In this document: in pieces, positions 56,407 through 64,000 of the stretch
Layout: every line of letters begins with the position of its first letter
Position numbering within the stretch: position 1 is the stretch's first letter
The notes under the pieces: generated by a model
What the model was told of the DNA's origin: nothing
Databases searched by the model: none
Seen by the model: only the letters and a program-made list of their open reading frames with translations
Made by a program: the position numbers and the translations under genes
DNA from: Candidatus Omnitrophota bacterium
GTDB lineage: Bacteria > Omnitrophota > Omnitrophia > Omnitrophales > Aquincolibacteriaceae
Assembly: GCA_016930235.1 (NCBI GenBank)
Contig: JAFGHI010000045.1
Coordinates: 7,947 to 71,946 of the forward strand
Direction: 5' to 3'
DNA: 64,000 nucleotides

Positions 56407-57594
56407 ATGATTCGTACGCGTTTTTATTCCCTTTTCTTTGTTGTCGCGCTATCCTTATGGCCTTTTTCGGGAGACCGGGAGAAGGAAATTAAACCCTCCA
56501 GCATGGAAATTCCCAGCCAAGTCGATCAATTTCAAGTTATGCGTATTTTATTGTTCAAAGAAAAGGCAGGCGGGGTTGTGATCCAAACGGATGATCCTTT
56601 TATGGTGCTGGACCGGGAAGGAAGAGTCCTCTTGAAGGGAGAGAACCTGGCGCCGACAGCGGTCAAGACAGACTTGAGGGGGGTCCAAATCGGGGTTCAA
56701 GTTTTCAGGAATGCCCCGATATTTTTCCAGAGTCTGGGTGAGGGGGTCCACATCGAGAATAAATCCTATCGTGATACCCTGGCCTTTTGGCCGGATCCGC
56801 CGGACAAGCTCACGGTCGTCAATCATTTGGACATGAGCGATTATTTAAAAGGGGTTTTGCCGTTTGAGATCGATCCCAAGTGGAAAATGGAAACCTTGAA
56901 AGCGCAGGCGGTGGCCAGCCGGACCTTTGCTTTGTTTCGGGCGCTTGAGAATCAATATGAACGCTATGACGTTACGGCGGGGGTGATGAGCCAGGTTTAT
57001 GCCGGGAAAGTGGTTGAGCATCCCTCGACGGATCAGGCGGTCGAAGCTACCCGGGGGGAAATCTTGACGTTTCAGGGGAAGATTTTCCCGGCCTTTTTCC
57101 ATTCGACTTGCGGCGGGGCGACCACTGCGGCTCATGATGTTTGGCCGATCGAATCCCATCCTGCTTTACAAAGTGTCCGCTGCGATGTCTGCCGCGCATC
57201 GAAACATTTTTATTGGAAATCGGATTTTAGTTTGTCCGAGATTGAAAAGAAACTTAATGAAAAAGGATACAGTGTTTCCGGTGTGTTTAATTTTGCCCCG
57301 GTTGATTATGATTCAAGCGGGCGGGGGCGTTTTTTTGTGATTGAGTACTCAGGGGGCAAGCTGAAAATCAAGTCCGATGAATTTCGTTTGATGATGGACC
57401 CTTCGAAGTTTCGCAGTACTTTGATCAAGTCATGGGATATTCGGGAAGGGCATCTTTATCTTGAAGGACAAGGCTGGGGGCATGGTGTGGGGATGTGTCA
57501 GTACGGCGCAAAACGTCTTGGAGAGCTGGGTTATACTTATCTTCAGATTCTGGATTATTATTATCCAAGGGCCGATATTACGGTGGTTTGGTAG
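56407..57594 (+). CDS. SpoIID/LytB-domain protein (lytic transglycosylase/amidase enhancer)
   Basis: ETLKAQAVASRTFAL... and FFHSTCGGATTAAHDVW SpoIID motifs. Signal peptide present. Confidence 0.75.
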   Translation: MIRTRFYSLFFVVALSLWPFSGDREKEIKPSSMEIPSQVDQFQVMRILLFKEKAGGVVIQTDDPFMVLDREGRVLLKGENLAPTAVKTDLRGVQIGVQVFRNAPIFFQSLGEGVHIENKSYRDTLAFWPDPPDKLTVVNHLDMSDYLKGVLPFEIDPKWKMETLKAQAVASRTFALFRALENQYERYDVTAGVMSQVYAGKVVEHPSTDQAVEATRGEILTFQGKIFPAFFHSTCGGATTAAHDVWPIESHPALQSVRCDVCRASKHFYWKSDFSLSEIEKKLNEKGYSVSGVFNFAPVDYDSSGRGRFFVIEYSGGKLKIKSDEFRLMMDPSKFRSTLIKSWDIREGHLYLEGQGWGHGVGMCQYGAKRLGELGYTYLQILDYYYPRADITVVW

Positions 57595-57687
57595 GGTGGA
57601 AAACACAGAGCGAAGAGGCAGGAAGTAAGAGGTGCAAAGTAGGTGTGTGGAATTTTGGCCCGCGCTTTTCCTGTTACGTGACGAAAG

Positions 57688-57716
57688 TTGCAAACGTCCC
57701 ACCCTCTCGTTACAAT
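57688..57716 (+). promoter_or_regulatory. Near-consensus sigma70 promoter TTGCAA-N17-TACAAT upstream of tRNA-Arg
   Basis: TTGCAA 57688-57693, a 17 nt spacer, then TACAAT 57711-57716. Confidence 0.5.
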
Positions 57717-57840
57717 ACGTCTTTCGCGTGCGCCCGCCGTACTACGTTCCTTCGGAGCTTCGCAGGGCTGCTACGTTGGAGTTAGTACGCTAACGAAGTT
57801 TTCTCACGTAGAGTGTTGGTTACTGTATTCAAAGGTTTGT

Positions 57841-57914
57841 GCGCCCGTAGCTCAATTGGATAGAGCGCTACCCTCCGGAGGTAGAGGTTGGTGGTTCGAC
57901 CCCACTCGGGCGCG
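57841..57914 (+). tRNA. tRNA-Arg (anticodon CCG)
   Basis: 74 nt cloverleaf folded by hand. Acceptor GCGCCCG/CGGGCGC, D-arm GCTC-AATTGGATA-GAGC, anticodon arm CTACC-CTCCGGA-GGTAG (U33, CCG, G37), T-arm GGTGG-TTCGACC-CCACT. CCA is not encoded. Confidence 0.85.
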
Positions 57915-58045
57915 AAAAATTATATATTTCATAAATGAGGGTGATTCAGGTGCGATAAGTTTTATACGCATTAATTCGTAACCTGCAGCCCCGTCGAAGT
58001 CGGGGCGTGCTTATAGCTTAGTCAAAAGAGATTTTAAGAAGACAA

Positions 58046-58720
58046 ATGAAACCATCTCATATTTTTAATGCTGTCCTGACGCTCTTGGTGGTGGTCGTTT
58101 TTCTAACGGTTGGTTTCTGGGTCAATCGCTGGCTTGAGGAGAATCGGATTTTAAGGGAAGTGATTGAGCGTTTATCAGCCGATTCAAGGGTTGCCGAAGT
58201 CCTTGTGACACGCAGCGAATATGACGAAGAAACCAAAAAGGTCATGACGACGATCAAATTCCTGGAGTTCGGCGCACAGGGCAAGCCGTTAGCCCCAAAA
58301 TATTTTTCGTTTCACGGAAATATCATCCAGTTTCAGGCGCTTGTCGTCCGCTTCAGGGATGATTTGGTGAAATCCGGCGATCGCTTGCGGGGGAAAAGCG
58401 TCTATCTTTTTATGAAGGCCTTTGTGCTGGAAGATGAAAAGACGCAGGTGTTTGATATTACAAAGGCACACGAAATTCCTGCCGGGTATAAAGTGGAAGG
58501 GGAAAAGTCAGAATTGGAATCAAAGTTGTGGCAGAAGTTTTGGGATTACGCCTTGGATCCGGCAGAACGGGACCGGGCCGGGATTAAAAACGCCCAAATT
58601 GAGGCGCCCGGGTCGCTTTTTTTACCGGGGACAATTTATACGCTGGTGATTGAACATGACGGCGGTCTTCGTATCGATACACGCCCCGTCCCTGAGATCC
58701 TAAAAGGAGAAAAACTCTAG
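58046..58720 (+). CDS. Hypothetical membrane-anchored protein
   Basis: N-terminal TM helix (AVLTLLVVVVFLTVGFWV). No recognised domain. Confidence 0.35.
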   Translation: MKPSHIFNAVLTLLVVVVFLTVGFWVNRWLEENRILREVIERLSADSRVAEVLVTRSEYDEETKKVMTTIKFLEFGAQGKPLAPKYFSFHGNIIQFQALVVRFRDDLVKSGDRLRGKSVYLFMKAFVLEDEKTQVFDITKAHEIPAGYKVEGEKSELESKLWQKFWDYALDPAERDRAGIKNAQIEAPGSLFLPGTIYTLVIEHDGGLRIDTRPVPEILKGEKL

Positions 58721-59235
58721 TGGTTTCCCACACCGTAGCTGTTTTTGGAAGTGCGAAGGCAAGTCAATCGGATTACGACAAGGCATTCCAAGTTGGCCGG
58801 GCTTTGGCCGAGAGCGGTTATGTTGTGTGTAACGGTGGTTATGGCGGTGTGATGGAAGCTTCTGCCAAAGGGGCGAAGGAAGCGGGCGGGAACACAATCG
58901 GGGTAACCATTGACAATTCACCGAGATCCTGTAATCGCTGGATTGACGAAGAAAGGAAGATGAAGGATTGGCAGTCGCGTTTATTTGGGCTCATTGAAAC
59001 AGGGGATGCTTGCGTCGTGATGGACGGCGGGACAGGGACTTTGACGGAGGTCTTTGTTGCCTGGGAAATGGTGAATCAGGGTTTGATTCAAAAGCCGCTT
59101 ATTTTATACGGTGATTTTTTGAAGCGTTGGGCCAAAGAGTTGATGAAAAAGGATTACGTTATTTTTAATGATTACATCTATTTTGCGGAATCACTCGATG
59201 ATATCCTCGGTTATCTTAAGGAATCTTTGAAGTAA
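58720..59235 (+). CDS. LOG-family (TIGR00730) cytokinin riboside 5'-monophosphate phosphoribohydrolase-like protein
   Basis: VAVFGSA...GYVVCNGGYGGVMEA and GGTGTLTE motifs. Confidence 0.75.
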   Translation: MVSHTVAVFGSAKASQSDYDKAFQVGRALAESGYVVCNGGYGGVMEASAKGAKEAGGNTIGVTIDNSPRSCNRWIDEERKMKDWQSRLFGLIETGDACVVMDGGTGTLTEVFVAWEMVNQGLIQKPLILYGDFLKRWAKELMKKDYVIFNDYIYFAESLDDILGYLKESLK

Positions 59236-59250
59236 GGCGGTTTCCCCTTC

Positions 59251-60297
59251 ATGTTAAAACTTTCCGAATTTGATTATGAGTTATCCAAGGATTTGATTGC
59301 GCTCGAGCCCCCTCCGAGAAGGCCGGAAGCGCGGTTGCTCTATGTTTCGCGAAACGGCGAAGAAATATCTCATCACCGCTTTGATGATCTCCTGGGATTT
59401 TTGACAAAAGGAGATATTCTCGTTTTAAACAATACCAAGGTGATTCCGGCAAGGCTTTTCGGCAGGAAGGCGACAGGCGGAAAAATCGAGGGTTTTCTGT
59501 TGGAGGAAAATCCGAATCACGAGTGGCGTGTGTTATTAAGGCCGGGCGGCCGCGTTTCGAAAGGAGCTCATTTGGTTTTTGGAGAAAACGGAATTTCTCT
59601 TCAGGCCGAAGTCTTGAATGATCCTTGCCCCAATAGTGTTGAAAGGATTCTTCGATTCTTAGGCGGGTCCGAAGAGATTCAGGAGAAGATCCGTAAGATC
59701 GGTCATGTTCCTTTACCGCCGTACATCAATCGGCCGGACAACGATTTGGACAGGGAACTTTATCAAACTGTGTTTGCAGAGAAAGAAGGGGCGGTCGCTT
59801 CGCCGACGGCGGGACTTCATTTTGACCGGAATTTGCTGGATCAAATTTCGAACCGCGGGGTTGAAATCGTTTATGTGACTCTTCATGTAAGTTACGCGAC
59901 ATTCCGTCCCATTCACGTTGAAGAAATCGAGAAGCACGAAATGTTTGAGGAGAGATTTGAAGTGACCCGGGAAGCGGCACGGCAGTTAAACTGTGGTCTG
60001 AAAGAAGGCCGGCGAATAATTGCTTGCGGGACAACATCGGTCAGGACTCTGGAATCGGCGGTCAATGTTGCCGGAGAGATTGTCCCCCAACAAGGAAAGA
60101 CAAGGCTTTTTATTTATCCTCCTTATCCCTTTAAAGTGGTTCAAGGATTGATTACCAATTTCCATCTTCCGAAGAGCAGTCTTTTACTGCTCGTGGCGGC
60201 TTTTTTGGGAAAAGACAAACTCTTTCGGGCCTACGAAGAAGCGATTCAAAAAGGGTACCGTTTTTACAGTTACGGCGATGCCATGGTTATTTTATGA
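59251..60297 (+). CDS. queA: S-adenosylmethionine:tRNA ribosyltransferase-isomerase QueA
   Basis: MLKLSEFDYELSKDLIALEPP..., with colinear QueA length (348 aa). Confidence 0.9.
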   Translation: MLKLSEFDYELSKDLIALEPPPRRPEARLLYVSRNGEEISHHRFDDLLGFLTKGDILVLNNTKVIPARLFGRKATGGKIEGFLLEENPNHEWRVLLRPGGRVSKGAHLVFGENGISLQAEVLNDPCPNSVERILRFLGGSEEIQEKIRKIGHVPLPPYINRPDNDLDRELYQTVFAEKEGAVASPTAGLHFDRNLLDQISNRGVEIVYVTLHVSYATFRPIHVEEIEKHEMFEERFEVTREAARQLNCGLKEGRRIIACGTTSVRTLESAVNVAGEIVPQQGKTRLFIYPPYPFKVVQGLITNFHLPKSSLLLLVAAFLGKDKLFRAYEEAIQKGYRFYSYGDAMVIL

Positions 60298-61445
60298 AGA
60301 CGGTGGCCAAGAGGAAGTTTGACAATAAAACATTTGGGTTTGAGGTGACGGCACGTGATCCGAAGACTCATGCGCGTGCGGGGCTTATGACAACTGCCCA
60401 CGGAGTTGTTGAGACGCCTGTTTTTATGCCCGTTGGGACTCAAGGGACCGTCAAAGCATTGACGCCAAGGGACCTTCAGGAAGCGGGTGCTGAAATTATC
60501 CTTGGGAATACCTACCATCTTTACATTCGGCCGGGGATCGATATAATCCAAAAATTCGGTAGCCTTCACCGGTTTATGGCCTGGGAGGGTCCCATCCTGA
60601 CCGATAGCGGCGGGTTCCAGGTTTTTTCTTTGAGCCGTTTGCGGGAAATCTCGGAAGAAGGTGCGCGGTTTCATTCCTACTTTGACGGGAAGGAAATATT
60701 TCTGACTCCTGAAAAGGTGATTGAGATCCAGGAGGCGATCGCAAGTGATATTGCGATGATCTTTGACGAATGCCCGCCGGCAACACAGGATAAAAAAAGA
60801 ATCCGCCATTCTTTGGAATTAACCCTTCGGTGGTCCGAGCGGGCCAGGAAACATCATAAGCGTCCCGACCAGGCATTGTTCGGAATTATCCAGGGCGGCA
60901 TTTTTAATGATTTGAGAAAGGAATCCCTCGAAAGAACAGTGGAAATGGATTTTGACGGTTATGCCCTCGGGGGATTGTGTGTCGGAGAATTAAAAGACCA
61001 GATGCTTGATGTGATTTCGACGGTGACTCCCAAGATGCCTGAAGACAAACCGCGGTATCTGATGGGGATCGGGACGCCGGTCGATTTCCTGGATTCGATT
61101 GAACAAGGGGCTGATCTTTTTGATTGCGTGAATCCGACCCGCTACGGACGTAACGGAACGGCTTTTACGCGTGGCGGCCTGCGGGTTGTCCGTAACGGCA
61201 AGTATCAAAAGGACGAAAAACCGATCGAGGAAGGCTGCACTTGTTACACTTGCCGTCATTTTTCGAGGGCTTATTTAAGGCACCTCCTCAATGCCGAAGA
61301 GATGCTGGGGCCACAGCTTGTGTCGATTCATAACGTGACTTTTTTTGTGCAGTTTGTCCGCTCGATCCGCCAAGCGATCCGGGAGGGCCGTTTTCTGAAA
61401 TTTAAAAAAGATTTTTTGAATAATTTTTCTTTCGAAAGCCGATAA
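60294..61445 (+). CDS. tgt: Queuine tRNA-ribosyltransferase Tgt
   Basis: TPVFMPVGTQGTVK, LTDSGGFQ, and zinc site CTCYTCRH.... Confidence 0.9.
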   Translation: MKTVAKRKFDNKTFGFEVTARDPKTHARAGLMTTAHGVVETPVFMPVGTQGTVKALTPRDLQEAGAEIILGNTYHLYIRPGIDIIQKFGSLHRFMAWEGPILTDSGGFQVFSLSRLREISEEGARFHSYFDGKEIFLTPEKVIEIQEAIASDIAMIFDECPPATQDKKRIRHSLELTLRWSERARKHHKRPDQALFGIIQGGIFNDLRKESLERTVEMDFDGYALGGLCVGELKDQMLDVISTVTPKMPEDKPRYLMGIGTPVDFLDSIEQGADLFDCVNPTRYGRNGTAFTRGGLRVVRNGKYQKDEKPIEEGCTCYTCRHFSRAYLRHLLNAEEMLGPQLVSIHNVTFFVQFVRSIRQAIREGRFLKFKKDFLNNFSFESR

Positions 61446-61480
61446 TGAAATGATATTCTAGGAACCCAAAAGGAGCCGAC

Positions 61481-61801
61481 ATGTTTGAGAAGATAGCTTA
61501 TGCAGCCACACCCGCAGGACAACCGGAGATGAACCCTTTGGCGAGTTTTTTTCCGTTTATTCTGATTATCATTATTTTTTATATCTTCCTTATTCGCCCG
61601 CAGCAGAAACGCCAGAAAGATGTTCAGACGATGGTGGATAACTTAAAAAAAGGTGACCGCGTGATTACCGCCGGCGGGATTATCGGGACAGTTACAAGTA
61701 TTCAAAAAGATTATGTTGTGATCAAGACGAGCGATCATGAGGGCTCAAAAATGGAAGTTTTAAAAAGCGCTATTAGCGGTTTACGCCAACAGGGGGAATA
61801 A
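61481..61801 (+). CDS. yajC: Preprotein translocase subunit YajC
   Basis: Single TM followed by LKKGDRVITAGGIIGTV. Confidence 0.8.
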   Translation: MFEKIAYAATPAGQPEMNPLASFFPFILIIIIFYIFLIRPQQKRQKDVQTMVDNLKKGDRVITAGGIIGTVTSIQKDYVVIKTSDHEGSKMEVLKSAISGLRQQGE

Positions 61802-63975
61802 TGGATAAATTCTTTAAATGGAAAGTCGTCATCATTGTTTTAGTGGTCGCTTTTTCGATCTGGAAGGCTTATCCGCCTCAGGACAAGATTAATCTCGGTC
61901 TGGATCTTCAAGGAGGGATGCAGCTTCTCCTGGAGGTTGATCTGGAAAAAATCCCCGAAGATGCCCGCGACGATGCGACCGACCGCGTGGTTGAAATTAT
62001 CCGCAACCGCATCGATGAATTCGGAGTCCGTGAGCCGGTGATCGCTAAACAGGGAAGTTCACAGGTGATTGTTCAGCTTCCCGGGGTGACCGACCGCGAT
62101 CGTGCCAAGGATATTGTGGGCAAGACCGCTCATCTGGAATTCAAGTTGGTTTCCGAGGATGCGGCACTCATCAAACAAGCCGAGGAAGGAACTGTCCCTG
62201 AGGGTTATGAATATAAGGAAATGAAAGGTCAGATGGGGACGACAAGCCACCTGCTATTACATGCCGAGGCGTCCCTAACGGGTGAACACTTGACGACAGC
62301 CACTGTTGGGTTTGATCAATATGGGCAGCCGATTGTTCAGCTGGAGTTGGATAAGGACGGCGCCAAGGCTTTTGATAAATTGACCTTTGAGAATATCGGC
62401 AGGCAACTTTCGATCGTTCTTGACGGCAGGGTCCACTCGGCCCCCGTGATCCGGGACAGGATTCCGAACGGCCAGGCGCAGATTTCCGGAAATTTTACGG
62501 CTGAAGAAGCAAGCGACCTTGCTTTGGTCTTAAGGGCCGGTGCTTTGCCTGCTCCTGTCAACGTGATTGAGGAAAGGACCGTCGGACCGAGTCTCGGGCG
62601 TGATTCGACCCAAAAAGGTGTTCGTGCCGGGATCATCGGGGCGATTCTGATTTTCCTTTTCATGCCGATTTATTATTTCTTCGCAGGGTTTATGGCCAAT
62701 CTGGGTTTGGTCGTTTACGGGATTGTGGTGATCGGATCCCTGGCGGCTTTTCAGGCTTCCTTGACCTTGCCCGGTATTGCCGGGTTTATTCTTTCAATTG
62801 GTATGGCTGTGGATGCCAATGTGCTCATTTTTGAGAGGATCCGTGAAGAACATGAAACCGGTAAGACAGCCCGAGCGTCTATTTCAGCGGGGTTTCATAA
62901 AGCATTTTCCGCCATTTTGGATTCGAACGTAACGACCCTTTTGACATCTCTGATCCTTTTTATTTTTGGGACGGGACCGGTCAAAGGGTTTGCCGTAACG
63001 TTGAGTATCGGTATTATTGCGAGTATGTTCACTGCCCTTGTGGTTGTCCGGGTCCTTTTCGATTTCTCTGCGAAGAAGAATCCCAATCTCAAATTAAATA
63101 TGCTCAAACTGATCGGGTCAACGCATATCCCTTTTTTGAAGGGGAGGTTTTTTGCGTACGGGTTTTCTGTGCTTACGATCATCATCGGGATTGCGGCCTT
63201 TTTGATGAGGGGACAGGAAAATTACGGGGTCGAATTTACCGGCGGGACTTTTGCCCAAATTCAGTTTCAACAATCCCTGGAGATCTCGAAGTTACGGATT
63301 ATGCTGGATAAAGAAGGTGAACGCGGAGCCGTCATCCAAAGGATTGGCAGTGAAGCGGACAGCCAGTTTGTGATCAAATCTTCGGCGGAAGATACCGCCG
63401 GAATTGAAAACGTAGCTCGTGAGATTGCGGGTGAGGGAGGGTATAAAATTTTGAAGGTGGATCGAATCGGTCCGGCCGTCAGTCTTGATTTAAAAAAGAA
63501 AGCCATACTGGCTGTGTGCTGGGCGAGCGTCGGGATTCTGATTTATCTGGGGTGGCGATTTGAATGGAAATTTGCTCTTGCGGCCGTCATCGCAATGCTT
63601 CACGATACGATTTTTACGTTCGGTGTTTATGCTTTAAGCGGCCGGGAAATCAATTTGCCCATTATCGCCGCGATTCTGACGATCATGGGTTATTCGGTGA
63701 ACGATACCATTGTCAATTTTGATCGGATCCGGGACAATTTAAAGCTGATGCGCCGCACGCCTTTTGAAAAGATTGTGGACACGAGCATCAATCAAATGTT
63801 GAGCCGGACGATTTTGACGACCGTGACGACGCTGCTGGCGGCTTTTGCGCTTTTTCTTTTTGGGGGAAGCTCAATCCAGGATTTTGCCTTTATCCTCTTA
63901 ATCGGTTTTGCGGTGGGTGTTTATTCCAGTATCTTTGTCGCTTCAGCCCTTGTCGTGGATTGGAAGGCTCATTGA
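61801..63975 (+). CDS. secDF: Protein translocase subunit SecDF (fused SecD-SecF)
   Basis: 724 aa with two periplasmic domains and 12 TM segments. SecD motifs (LGLDLQGGMQLLLEV) are followed by a SecF-like C-terminal half. Confidence 0.85.
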   Translation: MDKFFKWKVVIIVLVVAFSIWKAYPPQDKINLGLDLQGGMQLLLEVDLEKIPEDARDDATDRVVEIIRNRIDEFGVREPVIAKQGSSQVIVQLPGVTDRDRAKDIVGKTAHLEFKLVSEDAALIKQAEEGTVPEGYEYKEMKGQMGTTSHLLLHAEASLTGEHLTTATVGFDQYGQPIVQLELDKDGAKAFDKLTFENIGRQLSIVLDGRVHSAPVIRDRIPNGQAQISGNFTAEEASDLALVLRAGALPAPVNVIEERTVGPSLGRDSTQKGVRAGIIGAILIFLFMPIYYFFAGFMANLGLVVYGIVVIGSLAAFQASLTLPGIAGFILSIGMAVDANVLIFERIREEHETGKTARASISAGFHKAFSAILDSNVTTLLTSLILFIFGTGPVKGFAVTLSIGIIASMFTALVVVRVLFDFSAKKNPNLKLNMLKLIGSTHIPFLKGRFFAYGFSVLTIIIGIAAFLMRGQENYGVEFTGGTFAQIQFQQSLEISKLRIMLDKEGERGAVIQRIGSEADSQFVIKSSAEDTAGIENVAREIAGEGGYKILKVDRIGPAVSLDLKKKAILAVCWASVGILIYLGWRFEWKFALAAVIAMLHDTIFTFGVYALSGREINLPIIAAILTIMGYSVNDTIVNFDRIRDNLKLMRRTPFEKIVDTSINQMLSRTILTTVTTLLAAFALFLFGGSSIQDFAFILLIGFAVGVYSSIFVASALVVDWKAH

Positions 63976-64000
63976 AAGTGAGCCTTCCGGCCCGCTAGAA

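Noticed and set aside
57495-57981. ORFs 57495..57785 and 57688..57981 (96-97 aa)
   Set aside because: They cover a promoter, a repeat-rich leader and a hand-folded tRNA-Arg gene. Coding is implausible.
1-64000. CRISPR arrays, rRNA genes, transposases and integrases
   Set aside because: No regularly spaced direct repeats with unique spacers were found. There are no 16S/23S/5S signatures, and no transposase or integrase-like ORFs. The only repeat-like loci are the short palindromic arrays described above.

Overview
Summary: this 64 kb window reads as bacterial chromosome, about 50% GC, and almost entirely one coding orientation. Only two convincing genes sit on the minus strand: an EamA transporter and a fused NfnAB-like oxidoreductase. 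Gene density is about 90%. Many gene pairs are stop/start-coupled, either as ATGA overlaps (thiC/ispG, fucT/GT4, gph/trmI) or short overlaps (era/panE 11 bp, queD/addB 8 bp). Content in order:
- pstA (3' end), pstB, pstB and phoU, ending in a terminator.
- trkA and trkH.
- A cofactor cluster: a fused siroheme-decarboxylase-like tandem Lrp protein, thiC, ispG, an MqnE/MqnC-family radical SAM enzyme and a ThiF/MoeB-like E1.
- greA, nth, queG, cspA with a long 5' UTR, and a BamE-like lipoprotein.
- A fused Nfn/Sud oxidoreductase on the minus strand.
- Two unannotated small lipoproteins; a Mut7-C, GT10 and GT4 operon; trxA, an aldo/keto reductase and apgM.
- A PilZ protein, era, panE, htpX, a ferredoxin, a P-loop-kinase::dCMP-deaminase fusion, ispH and grx.
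- A 7 kb cluster holding only minor pseudopilins and GspK/PilX-like proteins.
- A FolM-like SDR, queD, addB, addA and a zinc-ribbon micro-ORF.
- A CheY-like receiver, gph, trmI, a PG-binding lipoprotein, a MEDS protein, SpoIID and tRNA-Arg(CCG).
- A LOG-family protein, queA, tgt, yajC and secDF.
No CRISPR array, rRNA or clear transposase was seen. Candidates for novelty:
- The accessory-looking minor-pilin cluster with three large GspK/PilX_N paralogs carrying beta-solenoid-like C-termini and no assembly machinery.
- The kinase-deaminase fusion, which resembles a dCTP-deaminase type defence gene.
- The asymmetric pstB pair with one consistently degenerate ATP site.
- A tandem pair of entericidin-like micro-lipoproteins.
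- A dense TTCGAA/GAATTC palindrome array upstream of grx.
Everything was read by eye from the sequence and the supplied ORF track; no database searches were run.
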